Under the pieces are notes generated by a model. It searched no databases, had not been told where the DNA came from, and worked only from the letters and a program-made list of their open reading frames with translations. Position numbers and translations under genes: made by a program. Positions 15,460 through 26,147 of a stretch of DNA of 64,000 nucleotides are shown piece after piece. Origin of the DNA: Nitrospirota bacterium (lineage in GTDB: Bacteria; Nitrospirota; UBA9217); NCBI GenBank assembly GCA_963737155.1, contig CAVTRN010000002.1, positions 2,976,001-3,040,000 on the forward strand, read 5' to 3'. Every line of letters starts with the position of its first letter. Position 1 is the first letter of the stretch.

Positions 15460-16254
15460 CTATCGTGGCTGTTGCGTGAGAGAGCTTGACGTTTCATGCT
15501 CATCTAGCGCCTTCACCATTAAATGACGATGTTCCACATGGGCAATTGCGGAGAGTAGGCTTGCCTTGACCCCGGGCCGTTCTCGATCCAGTTCTGCGAG
15601 CAGGTTCTTGATTCTGACGCGCCTAAGGTCCTGATCTCCACAAGCAGGGCAAGCGCAGCAGACAATGGGATACCCAAAATCAGCGGCATGACGGACGATA
15701 TCATCCTCAGGAACATACACAAGGGGCCGGATCACCACATTCTGACCATCATCGGCGCGAAGAAGCGGCGCCATGGCTTTGATCTTGCCGTTATAGAACA
15801 TATTTAGAAGGAGTGTCTCGATGAAATCATCGCGATGGTGGCCGAGAGCTATCTTCGTACATCCCAGCTCCCGCGCCTGGGAATAGAGCACGCCACGTTT
15901 TATCCGGGAACAGAGCGCGCAGGGTGTATCATCGGGTCCCAATTTGTCAAGAATGAGGCGGTGGATCTGCGCAGGGACTATGCGGTACTCGATATCCTGC
16001 TGCTTACTGAGGTAGTCTTCGATTAATCCGGTATGAAATCCGGGGAACCCCGGATGGACGGTGACCGCGATGAGAGAAAAGGCCACAGGAGCTCTCTTTT
16101 GTAGACTTTGCAGGATATGGAGCAGCGTCCAGCTATCCTTCCCACCTGACAGCGCGACAAGGATCTTGTCGTGATTCTCAATCAGACCGAAGTCTCCGAT
16201 GGCCCTGCCCGCGAGCCTCCTGATATTGTGCTTTCTCTGTTCTCTTTCAACCAT
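15460..16254 (-). CDS. ttcA: tRNA 2-thiocytidine(32) synthetase
   Basis: SGGKDS PP-loop, CALCSR, LGHHRDD, IRPL and CPAC motifs. Confidence 0.93.
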   Translation of the reverse strand: MVEREQRKHNIRRLAGRAIGDFGLIENHDKILVALSGGKDSWTLLHILQSLQKRAPVAFSLIAVTVHPGFPGFHTGLIEDYLSKQQDIEYRIVPAQIHRLILDKLGPDDTPCALCSRIKRGVLYSQARELGCTKIALGHHRDDFIETLLLNMFYNGKIKAMAPLLRADDGQNVVIRPLVYVPEDDIVRHAADFGYPIVCCACPACGDQDLRRVRIKNLLAELDRERPGVKASLLSAIAHVEHRHLMVKALDEHETSSSLTQQPR

Positions 16255-16292
16255 CGGGGAATCTTAAGTCCTATCTGCCTTTTCATCAGCAG

Positions 16293-16322
16293 AAAAGGGC
16301 TCCCGAAGTCATTCGGAAGCCC
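16293..16322 (-). terminator. Intrinsic terminator after the histone-like gene
   Basis: GGGCTTCCGAA-tgac-TTCGGGAGCCC-TTTT on the minus strand. Confidence 0.75.
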
Positions 16323-16342
16323 AATTAAACGAACGGCTTTCG

Positions 16343-16651
16343 TTATCGTTTTTTTCTTGCCGTTTTTTTCTTTGCTGCTTTTTTGACCATTTTTTTTCTG
16401 GATGTTTTTTTCTTAGTTGCTGCTTTTTTCACTGCTTTTTTCACTGCCTTCTTTTTTGTCGCTTTTTTCTTCGCAGCGGACTTTTTCCTAGGGGCCGATG
16501 CGGGGGCTGACGGAGCTTCGGGAACGTTTACCATAGTTGTTTCCAAACCGCAGCAATACACCGGTTCCTCATACACCTCCCCTGTCCTCGACACCTCGAT
16601 TTTTCTACCGCACTCCCTACATTCGTACTGTATAATTTTCTCTATCCCCAT
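16343..16651 (-). CDS. Desulforedoxin-like (CxxC...CC) domain fused to a histone H1-like Lys/Ala-rich tail
   Basis: YECRECG...PVYCCG, Pro/Ala linker, KKAT/KKAV/KKAA repeats; AAGGAGG RBS. Confidence 0.85.
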   Translation of the reverse strand: MGIEKIIQYECRECGRKIEVSRTGEVYEEPVYCCGLETTMVNVPEAPSAPASAPRKKSAAKKKATKKKAVKKAVKKAATKKKTSRKKMVKKAAKKKTARKKR

Positions 16652-16834
16652 ACGTTTTACCCTCCTTAGATAATCTAATAATCCACACTGCCACGGTTGA
16701 AATATCGCTTCAGGCCGGAGCCACCCAGCTGTCTGCTTGCGAAGAAAACCATGTTTAAAATAATCGAATTTACATCGTTAAAGTAACTGTAAAATCATCG
16801 TGTGGAAATGTCAAGTTTTTTGTGAATATCGGGC

Positions 16835-17026
16835 TCACGACCACAACCTCGGTTGTTTCTTGCTAGCATTGACCATTGCAATCCGTCGCTCCTTGACCTG
16901 ATGTAGCTCCAATATCCTCTCCATACCTTCAATTGCAGTCGAGAGGGCTTCATCGGTCGACTTCCCTTCCCAGTTCCTTGTCTCAGCAAGCCGGTAGAGC
17001 TCCAGGATCACTTCTTCAAGATTCAT
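16835..17026 (-). CDS. Small hypothetical protein (63 aa)
   Basis: AAAGGAGA RBS before ATG at 17026; helical composition. Confidence 0.65.
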   Translation of the reverse strand: MNLEEVILELYRLAETRNWEGKSTDEALSTAIEGMERILELHQVKERRIAMVNASKKQPRLWS

Positions 17027-17101
17027 AAAATCTCCTTTTATACAATAGGTTAACTCAAGACAGAAATCAGAAATTCCTCCCAAGCCCTTGGCTTAGGACA
17101 T

Positions 17102-17128
17102 AAAAAAACCGGAAAAAAACCTTCCGGC
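17102..17128 (-). terminator. Intrinsic terminator downstream of nrdJ
   Basis: CCGGAA...TTCCGG followed by a T7 run on the minus strand. Confidence 0.65.
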
Positions 17129-17317
17129 TTAGGTTATACCAATGATACTTCCGACGAATAGTGATGAACAATGGGAGTGCCTCACATCACCTCCAGTTCA
17201 GGAAACATTCTTTTCACCATAAAGTAAGAAGAGGACAAAGTAAGAAAAACCCGAATCATATGCTTTCTCTTAACTCTTTTTCCTCGCACCTGGGCGGTAA
17301 AACTGGATTTTTTATGG

Positions 17318-19678
17318 TTACCCACATTTAGAGAAACCGCAGCCTCGGCAGAAAGCACAGCCCTCGCCGAATTCTAGGAGACCACCACAATCGGGACATT
17401 CAGGGCAAAGTCCGAGATGGTTCTTATTCCCACTCTGAACGCAGTCGGAAGAAGGATAGTCGACCACCGGATGCACCATGGCAGCCTTTGGTTTAACATA
17501 ATGCTGATGCCGGTGGCTCATGCCGTCCTTAGCATAGCGCTCCAGCGCACGACCGATGGCGTCAGGGCAGGACAGGATCGAACCTCCCTCACCCCAAGCC
17601 GGCGACGGGCAGCGAATGCCTTTAACCTGCTTTATGATCGAATCGAGGGACACCCCCGAGCGCAGCGCAAGGGAAACCATGCGGCTTACCGCCTCGGACT
17701 GGCTGGCTGCGCATCCACCGGACTTTCCCATGGTAGAAAAAACCTCGCAGATACCTTCCTCGTCCTCGTTGATCGTAATATAGAGATTGCCGCAACCAGT
17801 AGGGATCTTCTGCGTAATACCATGCGTGAGCACCGGCCGGTTCCGCGGTTTTTTCTCCTCGACCAGTTCTGGCGACGCTGAAGCAACCGTAATATGCTGG
17901 GCAGTAGCCTTGCGCGCCTTTTCCGTGGCGCCTGTGGAAAGCACCTGCTCATCGCGGGATCCGTCGCGGTAAATCGTCACGCCTTTGCATCCCGTTTTGT
18001 AGGCCAGCATATAGACCTTCTCAACATCCTTCTGCGTGGCGCTGTGCGGGAAATTCACCGTTTTGGATACGGCGTTGTCGGTATATTTCTGGAAGGCGGC
18101 CTGCATGCGGATATGCCACTCGGGGGTGATATCGTGAGCCGTGACGAACACGCGCTGCACGTCCTCGGGTACCGCAGGAACATTCGTGCATCCGCCGTGC
18201 TCAGCGATTTCCTTCATAAGCTCCTCGGAGTAAAAACCACGCTTTTTTGCCACATTTTCAAACATGGAGTTTACCTCGACCAGTTCAGCGCCGTCAAGCA
18301 CCTTCCGCATAAAGGTCAGGCCGAAAAGAGGCTCAATGCCGCTCGAGCAGCCAGCGATAATGGACAGGGTTCCCGTCGGCGCAATGGTCGTGATCGTCGC
18401 ATTCCGGATCGGCGCCCTTCCCGGCTTATCGTAGATGCTGCCTTTGAAGTTTGGGAAAGCCCCTCGTTCAGCGGCAAGTTCCTCACTCATTTTTCGTCCT
18501 TCATCGCTGATAAATTTCATCACCGCCTCGCCGATCCGCTCGGCTTCTTCGGAATTGTAAGATACGCCCATTTCGAGCAGCATGTCGGCAAAACCCATGA
18601 TACCCAGGCCGATTTTTCGGTTCGTCCGGGTTATCTGGCTAATCTTTTCGATTGGATAGCGGTTCACATCAATCACGTTGTCGAGAAAGTGGACCGATTG
18701 CCGCACTGTATGGCGGAGTTTGTCGAAATCGATCGATTTGCCGTTAGATGTAAGCATCCTCGCAAGATTGATCGAACCGAGATTACAGGATTCATAGGGG
18801 AGCAGCGGCTGTTCGCCGCAGGGATTGGTGGATTCCACCATGCCCACGTGCGGAGTGGGGTTGTACTGGTTGATGCGGTCCAGAAAGATGATGCCCGGAT
18901 CGCCGTTTTTCCATGCCATGTTCACGATGGTATCGAAAACCTTGCGGGCCTGGAGTCGCTTGACCGACGTCCTATTGCGCGGGGACACCAACCCATACTC
19001 GCTGTCCCTTTCCACAGCATCCATGAACTGGTCGGTTATGGCCACGGAGATGTTGAAATTGTTGAGCCGGTCATTCTGCTGCTTGCATGTCACGAAATCG
19101 AGAATGTCCGGGTGGTCCACCTGCAGGATGCCCATATTCGCGCCGCGACGGGTGCCGCCCTGCTTTACCGTCTCCGTTGCTGCATCGAAGACGGTCATGA
19201 AGGAGATAGGACCCGACGAAACGCCCTTGGTGGATTTGACCACGTCGTTCTTCGGCCGGATGCGGGAAAATGAGAAGCCGGTACCACCTCCAGACTTGTG
19301 GATGAGCGCCGCGTTCTTCACGGACTCGAAGATCTCGTCCATGGAATCGCCCACCGGTAGCACGAAGCAGGCGGAAAGTTGACCGAGCTCACGCCCCGCG
19401 TTCATGAGCGTGGGGCTGTTCGGCAAGAATTCAAAAGATGTCATGAGACGGTAGAACTCGGTCGCCATACGCTCCACGTCGGCGTCGGACCCGCCGTAGG
19501 CACGATCGCCCTCGGCAATGGTCCGCGCCACACGCGTAAACATGTCAACTACTGTTTCAATAACTGTCCCATCTTCATTCCGCTTGAGGTAGCGTTTTTC
19601 GAGAACTTTGAGACTGTTCTCGGAAAGATTAAGGCCCTTACCGGAAGCCGTTGTGGAAACAGAAGCTGAATTCTTCAT
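17318..19678 (-). CDS. nrdJ: Class II (adenosylcobalamin-dependent) ribonucleotide reductase with TSCPD and Zn-ribbon C-terminus
   Basis: [49 protein letters not shown]. Confidence 0.95.
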   Translation of the reverse strand: MKNSASVSTTASGKGLNLSENSLKVLEKRYLKRNEDGTVIETVVDMFTRVARTIAEGDRAYGGSDADVERMATEFYRLMTSFEFLPNSPTLMNAGRELGQLSACFVLPVGDSMDEIFESVKNAALIHKSGGGTGFSFSRIRPKNDVVKSTKGVSSGPISFMTVFDAATETVKQGGTRRGANMGILQVDHPDILDFVTCKQQNDRLNNFNISVAITDQFMDAVERDSEYGLVSPRNRTSVKRLQARKVFDTIVNMAWKNGDPGIIFLDRINQYNPTPHVGMVESTNPCGEQPLLPYESCNLGSINLARMLTSNGKSIDFDKLRHTVRQSVHFLDNVIDVNRYPIEKISQITRTNRKIGLGIMGFADMLLEMGVSYNSEEAERIGEAVMKFISDEGRKMSEELAAERGAFPNFKGSIYDKPGRAPIRNATITTIAPTGTLSIIAGCSSGIEPLFGLTFMRKVLDGAELVEVNSMFENVAKKRGFYSEELMKEIAEHGGCTNVPAVPEDVQRVFVTAHDITPEWHIRMQAAFQKYTDNAVSKTVNFPHSATQKDVEKVYMLAYKTGCKGVTIYRDGSRDEQVLSTGATEKARKATAQHITVASASPELVEEKKPRNRPVLTHGITQKIPTGCGNLYITINEDEEGICEVFSTMGKSGGCAASQSEAVSRMVSLALRSGVSLDSIIKQVKGIRCPSPAWGEGGSILSCPDAIGRALERYAKDGMSHRHQHYVKPKAAMVHPVVDYPSSDCVQSGNKNHLGLCPECPDCGGLLEFGEGCAFCRGCGFSKCG

Positions 19679-19816
19679 AAATCTTCCTCCTCAAGATGAA
19701 TAGAATAGATTAAATAAACTACTATCATGGATACAAATTAGGAAAGAGCACCCCGAAGGCTGCTCTTTGAAATACTGTCGGTAATTTATTGGTGATTCTC
19801 CGGATGAAAGGCACGC

Positions 19817-19870
19817 CACTCTATTTTGTGGAATGGCATAATTATAGCCACAAGATGTTGTGTTTGTCAA
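19817..19870 (-). promoter_or_regulatory. nrdJ sigma70 promoter with tandem NrdR boxes
   Basis: TTGACA (19870-19865), 18 nt, TATAAT (19846-19841); boxes CACTCTATTTTGTG (19817) and CACAAGATGTTGTG (19849), 32 bp apart. Confidence 0.85.
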
Positions 19871-20259
19871 ACTAAATATAAAAAAAAATCTCCAACAGAA
19901 AAGGTTCAAGGAAGTCAGGATTCATGCAGTTATTTTCACTTCATCCTAGTTCTCATTGCATTAGGCAAGGACGAAATAAAACAGAGTATCAAAACATCAA
20001 GCCCGTGACGCTTTTCCCATCCTCGGAGGTTCCGAGAGAAATTTTCCGCGGAGCAGTTTCGTCTTGTTTAGGAGAAAATGTGCCCTGTCTGAGTTGTGGT
20101 ACACAGATATCCTCACTTAGAACGCGATCTGTTAGATTGCCCAGTCGCTTAAATCCTTGATGGCGATGTCCACTATTTCCCCACGGTTTGTGTTCCTTTT
20201 TCAAGGGCGCAAACTAAACCGTCATTCCGTCCGAACAATTCCACATGCTGCGTAACGAG

Positions 20260-21008
20260 TTCCCGTACCTTGTCTATCAACTGAATTCTCATTCAAAGTG
20301 TCTGTTGTGGAGTGAGCAAAAACGTCGGATGAAAACACCGCTCCGTTTTTTTCCGGAGTTCGAGAAGGAACGGTCGAAGTGGCTCAAGTTAGTCTGCACC
20401 GACATGTGAGCGCCCTATCTCAAAGTGATCAAGAAGAAAGCGCCTCAGGCGATCCACGTGCTGGATCGTTTTCACATTATGAAGCACATCAATGAGGCCC
20501 TAGACTCCGTCCGCCGCGAGGGGGTGGGAAGTATAAAGGAACGGTTAAGGAATCACTCCTGACGACCAGCCCGCGGCCGCTTCTTAAGAACAAACCAAAT
20601 CTGGCGGAGAACCAGGTTATCAAATTGAAGGAGTTGCTTGGGAGCAAACTGAAGTCGGTAAAGTCGTACCTGATGAAAGAGGACTTTCAGCAATTCTGGA
20701 CATACCAGTCGCCGGTATCGGCGGAGAAGTTCCTTGATTCATGGACCAGGCGAACGATGTACACCCGAATCGAGCCGATGAAGAAATTCGCTCGCATGCT
20801 TCGCAAACATCAGGGGCTCGTATTGAATTGGTTCAAGGCTGATGGAGTTGTATCAGGAGGCATGGTGGAGGGTTTAAACCTCAAGGCGAAATTGACTATG
20901 AGAAAAGCATAAGGCTTTCGGAACGTGGAAACGCTGCAAACGGCTTTATATCATACGCTTGGAAAGCTACCGGAGCCGAAAATCAATCACAGATTCAGCT
21001 GACGAACC
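20260..21008 (+). mobile_element. Degenerate ISL3-family transposase (pseudogene)
   Basis: Fragments YLVYQL..LLW, VCTDM*APY, VLDRFHIMK, VEGLNLKAKLTMRKA*GFR, LPEPKINHRFS; stops and frameshifts; ends in GAACC, like an ISL3 terminus. Confidence 0.85.
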
Positions 21009-21052
21009 ACAAAAATCTTTATTTTTTCACCTGATTATTAAATATATTGCAT

Positions 21053-21529
21053 CTACTCCACCACCCAAACTGCGCAGTTCTTGGCCTCATGGATGAGCCG
21101 GTTCGATGTGCTGCCATAAAGAAACTCCTCAGCTTTCGTTTTGTGGTGACGACCGACAACCACGGTGCAGCAGGTGAGATCACACCGGGTCTCCAAAATG
21201 GCATCGGACATCGACTTTGACTCACCCACACAGGCGCGGTAGTGCACTTTGTTCTCGGGAAACCCGGATTGAATCAGGACTTGCCGGTAGTTCTTAAGCA
21301 TGTTGTTGGCGGTATCAAGCTCTTTCTTCAGCCACTCGTTCATCTCGGCATCGGAATCGAAGAAATCTGGCTCGGCATCGGGGATGATCGATAGCAGCAT
21401 GACAGTAAATCCCGGGAAGCCTCCGAGAAAATCGGCCACATAAAGCACGGCGCGTCGCGAGCTGTCCGTTTCATCGACGGCGATCAGGAGATGCTTGTCT
21501 TTCACCAGGTTATCGGTTTCGGATTTCAT
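21053..21529 (-). CDS. Universal stress protein (UspA family)
   Basis: LLIAVD..SRRAV, VVVGR and GSTSNRLIHEAKNCAVWVV motifs. Confidence 0.9.
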   Translation of the reverse strand: MKSETDNLVKDKHLLIAVDETDSSRRAVLYVADFLGGFPGFTVMLLSIIPDAEPDFFDSDAEMNEWLKKELDTANNMLKNYRQVLIQSGFPENKVHYRACVGESKSMSDAILETRCDLTCCTVVVGRHHKTKAEEFLYGSTSNRLIHEAKNCAVWVVE

Positions 21530-21673
21530 AGAGGAGCTCCTTTCGATAAACAAAATATTTTTCATGAAGGCATCGTAGCAATCGTGGAGAATTAAAGCCT
21601 GTTCAGATTGACTTTTTCCTCTTCAATAAAATCATTTCTTTGTGACCCTTGGATTCTCCACGATCCCGGTCAT

Positions 21674-22654
21674 TCAAGGGGTCAAGTCTTCCAGCGCCTC
21701 TCCCAGGTCTTCAAGCAGTTCCCGGGTCTCTTCATAGTAAACCGGCGCACTTAAAGCGAAATGCATAAGCACGCGGTTCAATTTTTCTGGGATATAGGGA
21801 TATATCTTTTTCAGGTTGTTCACCCGGTTATGAAATACGATATTTACATCGTCCTCCGTCAATCGTTCCAGTAGTTCGGGGTTTTCTTTGAGAAGCCGGT
21901 ACGTAGTAATGTCTCCTCTGCCAGTGATGAAAAGCAGGACATTGCCGAGGCCAAAAAGATCGTAGCCGAAACGGCTTTCGCCATGATGATAGTTGAAATC
22001 GAAGTCGATCCAGCGGTACCTACCCGTTGATGCATCCTGGATGATATGGTCACGTCGGATATCTCCGTGTTTTTCGTCGTTCTCGTGCAAAAAGCGTATA
22101 GCGCCGACGATGCCCATGAATTTATCGAGCAGTGCAGGATAATAATGACGAAAATAGTCCTCGTGGTTTTCGCCCATCTCCAGCGTAACCTGGCCCAGAG
22201 TTTTGCCTTTGATGTAATCCAAAATACGAAGCTGGTTTCCTGCCGAATCTAATACGGTCTTACCCTGCATGAAATCCGGCCTGCCGCGCACGAGATCAAG
22301 GATTCGTGCCTCTTTCTGCGGGCTTCTGACACATTCGAATACGAGGGTCCCGATTTTTGCCCGGAACCGTTCCTTGAAAACCCACTTTAGGATGGCAACA
22401 TCGCCTGTCAGGAGATTGCGTGCCCGCTTGACCCAGAACTTCTGCTCGTCATCGATGCCGAATCTGCCTTCGCGCTCGTTGTTACGTATAAAATAGGGTA
22501 TCCCGTCGAGCACAACCACATCGTCGTAGTCTACGCGGAAAAAATCCGAGGTATCCTTTACTTGCACGCGCTTGGGCACACGGTCTCGAGGAACCACCTT
22601 GCGGATCATGTGCAACAGTTCCTTCTCCGAATATCCTCTGTTGTCAGCCCCCAT
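21674..22654 (-). CDS. Protein kinase-like (Ser/Thr kinase superfamily) protein
   Basis: AILK, HGDIRRDH catalytic loop, WIDFD, YDLFGLG. Confidence 0.8.
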   Translation of the reverse strand: MGADNRGYSEKELLHMIRKVVPRDRVPKRVQVKDTSDFFRVDYDDVVVLDGIPYFIRNNEREGRFGIDDEQKFWVKRARNLLTGDVAILKWVFKERFRAKIGTLVFECVRSPQKEARILDLVRGRPDFMQGKTVLDSAGNQLRILDYIKGKTLGQVTLEMGENHEDYFRHYYPALLDKFMGIVGAIRFLHENDEKHGDIRRDHIIQDASTGRYRWIDFDFNYHHGESRFGYDLFGLGNVLLFITGRGDITTYRLLKENPELLERLTEDDVNIVFHNRVNNLKKIYPYIPEKLNRVLMHFALSAPVYYEETRELLEDLGEALEDLTP

Positions 22655-23648
22655 AAATGCCGCCCCTATTGACAAGATCAATACTACACGAATTCATGAT
22701 ATTTGCTTACGATTATGTTTCGCTGAGCACTAGTACTTCAATTATATCAGAGCCAGTTTTTCCCGAACTGGAAATCTGTCGGCCTAAGCTCATACAGCAA
22801 TGGGTACCGAGAAGCGTTTTCCGTCCTGCCCCTGCCAAGAGGCATCCGGCGAAACATGCCGGAAAGGATAAGTACTTCGGTCGACTTGCTGAATCAACGA
22901 ATTGAATAAGGCAATCATCTCAATTTTGCGTAGCGTGACCGGCATTCCTTGTTGACAAATCTGAATTGACGTAAGGCGAACAGCCCAGCCGCGTTCGACA
23001 TGGGAGGGGGGGCGGGGCTGATGGGTCCTGTCATTTGTGAGAAGGAAGTAGTTCTGTCGGTTCAATGAGCGAAATGAATCAACATCGGGATGATCTCCTT
23101 GGTTATCGAATTATTTTTTTTGAACTGCTCCTTTTCTATATGCTTTTATTAATAGGTTCATTGCCGCATATAGACATGTTTCTTGACAGCAACCAAACTC
23201 GAATCAATTCAAAATTCAAGGACAGAATATACACGATCATCATGCTTGTCTCCCGAGTTTCCCAGGTTAAGTATTTTTGATATATTTATATCCGAATATT
23301 TACCAAGCAACCGATTATTATATTTAGGTATGTAAATATATATTAAGAGAAACCGGGCAGACAGGAGTAAAAATAAAGATAATGGGATTGGATTCAGGAC
23401 TCAGGGAGCCGGCAAAAAACATCTTAATTCCCTCAACAAAACCACAACTCTCACAATCCCCCTGTTTCCACCTATTTTAATGGAGAGTTGATATGATACC
23501 GGCAGGGGACGCTGGCCAATAGATGCATGCCGGATCTTGTTTGCTGTCTTTTTACTTGACTTTTCGGGCAAATAGAGATAATTTCACTTTAACTTTATTG
23601 GGGGACGGGCGGTTCTCTCCATCCCTCTGCGGAGGTATCGAATCGTTC

Positions 23649-24407
23649 ATGTCGTACCAGATCAAACTTGAGATTTTTGAAGGTCCCATGGACCTTCTTC
23701 TGCACCTCATCAAAAAGCACGAACTCGACATCTACTCTATTCCCATCTCACTTATCACCCAGCAATATCTCGAATACATCGAACTCATGAAGAGCCTCGA
23801 TATGGAGATCGCAGGCGAGTTTCTGGTAATGGCATCGACGCTCACGCACATCAAGTCCAAGATGCTCCTGCCCCCACCTGAGAATCCTGAAAATGATGAA
23901 GACGGCGTTGATCCCCGGCAAGAACTAATCAGAAGGCTTCTTGAATACAAGACCTTCAAGAATGCTGCAGACTCCCTGGAGAACAAGGAAGAAGCCTGGT
24001 CGAAGATTTATACGCGCCCGGCCGAAACAGCACCCGATCTCCCGACCGGCGATGAACCCATGCTCTTTGATTTCCACCTCTTCGACCTTCTTGCAGCGCT
24101 CAAGGACGTAATGGCTCGCGTTCCTGACGCCGGGTTTGAAATCACAGCCGAGGCTGTTTCTATCACAGAGAAAATTTCCCTGATCCTGGCCCGACTCGAG
24201 GCTGTGGACAGTCTGCTCTTTGCCGACTTGTTCGAAGGAAACTCGAGCAGGGCCCAAGTGATCGGCACTTTTCTGGCGCTCCTCGAACTCATAAAGACCC
24301 GCGTTATAAAAGCCGTACAGGTCGAGCATTTCGGGGCCATCAGAATCATAAAGGCAGTGAACGAGGCAACGGCCCGCGATACAGCAACCGGCAATCTATT
24401 CGGGTAA
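23649..24407 (+). CDS. scpA: Segregation and condensation protein A (kleisin)
   Basis: FEGPMDLLLHLI, EFLVMASTL..IKSKMLLP and FLALLEL motifs; GGAGG RBS. Confidence 0.96.
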   Translation: MSYQIKLEIFEGPMDLLLHLIKKHELDIYSIPISLITQQYLEYIELMKSLDMEIAGEFLVMASTLTHIKSKMLLPPPENPENDEDGVDPRQELIRRLLEYKTFKNAADSLENKEEAWSKIYTRPAETAPDLPTGDEPMLFDFHLFDLLAALKDVMARVPDAGFEITAEAVSITEKISLILARLEAVDSLLFADLFEGNSSRAQVIGTFLALLELIKTRVIKAVQVEHFGAIRIIKAVNEATARDTATGNLFG

Positions 24408-24468
24408 GTTACACCAATGGGGAATGTCAAAATATTCACGCTGTTTAAGCACTTAGAACAAAAGGTCT

Positions 24469-25317
24469 ATGAAACCCGATATCAAATCGCTTGCGCAACA
24501 GAAAAAATTCGGTGATATCGAAACCGCCGTGTACAACGATCGATCGCTTATCGGAGACCTTGTGGCTCTCCTGTCCGAGAAGAACGGCGACGTGCGCTCC
24601 GGCGTATTGAACCTTCTATCCCGCGTGGGATTCGATTATCCGAATGATACGCGGCCCCATCTCCCGGCGCTCATAGCGCTCCTCGACGACCCCGATATGT
24701 TCATCAAAATCGATGCATCAAACGCCGTGGGGAACCTGGGTTTCAACTTCAAGGATTCGGCTTCTCAGGCTTCGCCCAAACTCAAAACACTACTAGACCA
24801 TGAGCAGAGCCTGGTGCGGCAGGAAGCGGCCTACGCCCTCGGGAATATCGGTTTTGCCCACACCGATCTAGTCAGGGATGCGGTGCCACGTCTGATCCTG
24901 ATGCTCGAACGTGGGGACGACGATGAACGCGAGTCTGCCGCCCACGCCCTCGGCAAAATCGGCATTAATGCCCCGGAGCTGATCCGCGGCATCCTCCCGA
25001 AACTCATTGAGGTGCTTGAATTTTCCAAAGAGGCGACCTGCGGCGGTGTGCTCTTCGCACTGGGAGCCATCGGCCTCCACTATCCCCAGGAAGTGGCGGG
25101 GTTGGTGCCGCGTTTGATGCAATACCTGGAAAGCAGCCAGCCGAACGCGGTCAAGAATGCCATCGCGGCCATCGGAAACATCGGAAGCTCCAATCCCGAT
25201 CTCGTGAAGGACTCCATTCCGAAGATCCGCAAAATTATGGAAACATCGACAGATATTGACGTGAAAATGAACGCCAAAGTGGCGCTCGGAAGGTTGGGTG
25301 ATCCTTCGGCGATGTGA
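24469..25317 (+). CDS. HEAT-repeat protein
   Basis: About six ~38-aa repeats of the form P-L-LL-D...VR..AA.ALG.IG. Confidence 0.88.
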   Translation: MKPDIKSLAQQKKFGDIETAVYNDRSLIGDLVALLSEKNGDVRSGVLNLLSRVGFDYPNDTRPHLPALIALLDDPDMFIKIDASNAVGNLGFNFKDSASQASPKLKTLLDHEQSLVRQEAAYALGNIGFAHTDLVRDAVPRLILMLERGDDDERESAAHALGKIGINAPELIRGILPKLIEVLEFSKEATCGGVLFALGAIGLHYPQEVAGLVPRLMQYLESSQPNAVKNAIAAIGNIGSSNPDLVKDSIPKIRKIMETSTDIDVKMNAKVALGRLGDPSAM

Positions 25318-25327
25318 GAAACAAATT

Positions 25328-25356
25328 TTCATGCGCAAATGAATATGGGTTATAAT
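25328..25356 (+). promoter_or_regulatory. Putative sigma70 promoter for scpB
   Basis: TTCATG, 17 nt, TATAAT. Confidence 0.5.
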
Positions 25357-25457
25357 ATAGCATTGCTTTTCTGAAATGTGGAGACCCATTTTAGGTTTTT
25401 TCGTTCTATCGACATTCATTCGTTGTTCCCTATCATTTAATTCTGTGAGGTTCAATT

Positions 25458-26147
25458 TTGGAAGATCAAGAATTGAAATCGGCAATCGAAGCCGTTCTTT
25501 TCATCGCAGGCAATCCAGTGTCTGTTGATAAGCTAAAAAATCTGTTTGGAGATGCGACACAGGAGCAGATCGAAGCGCAACTTGCCAGGCTCAGACAGGA
25601 CTATGACAACCGTAGCGCCGGTATCATGCTGGCGGAAATTGCGGGTGGATATCAGCTCGCCACGAGGCCGGAGAATGCTGCATGGCTGAGAAAGTTTCGC
25701 TCCGTCAAGGCCTCTGCCAGGCTATCGAAACCAGCTCTCGAGACGCTTGCCATAGTGGCCTATAAACAGCCGATAACGCGCACCGAAGCGGAAGTTATCC
25801 GCGGGGTAAACATCGGCGGCATCATGCGGAACCTCATGGAGCGCCGGCTCGTGAAGATCGTTGGCAAGAAGGACGTGCCTGGCAAGCCCATGCTCTACGG
25901 CACGACACCAGAGTTTCTTCAGTATTTCGGGTTGAAGGATCTCTCCGCGTTGCCCACGCTCAAGGAATTCCAAGACCTCGAAGAAGGCGAAGAGGTCATG
26001 GAAGAAGCCAACAGAGACGAGGATGCCGATGCGGTGGATGCGCAGGCATCTGAGGATGCGGCAATCTCGAGTGAAATAACAGGGACGGAAGCGGCGGAGA
26101 ACAAGCCGGTAATTTCAGCCCTATCCGAGGAGAACATCACAGGATGA
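25458..26147 (+). CDS. scpB: Segregation and condensation protein B
   Basis: IEAVLF, AGGYQLAT, LETLAIVAYKQPITR and YGTTPEFLQYFGL motifs; TTG start. Confidence 0.96.
   Translation: MEDQELKSAIEAVLFIAGNPVSVDKLKNLFGDATQEQIEAQLARLRQDYDNRSAGIMLAEIAGGYQLATRPENAAWLRKFRSVKASARLSKPALETLAIVAYKQPITRTEAEVIRGVNIGGIMRNLMERRLVKIVGKKDVPGKPMLYGTTPEFLQYFGLKDLSALPTLKEFQDLEEGEEVMEEANRDEDADAVDAQASEDAAISSEITGTEAAENKPVISALSEENITG

Noticed and set aside
17894-19273. 459-aa plus-strand ORF
   Set aside because: Lies wholly antisense to nrdJ; a codon-bias shadow.
17318-19678. Intein or intron in nrdJ
   Set aside because: The ORF is continuous and of normal length, with no splice-junction or homing-endonuclease motifs.
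22790-23280. Short ORFs 22790..23065 and 23065..23280
   Set aside because: No motifs or convincing RBS; cannot be supported as genes.
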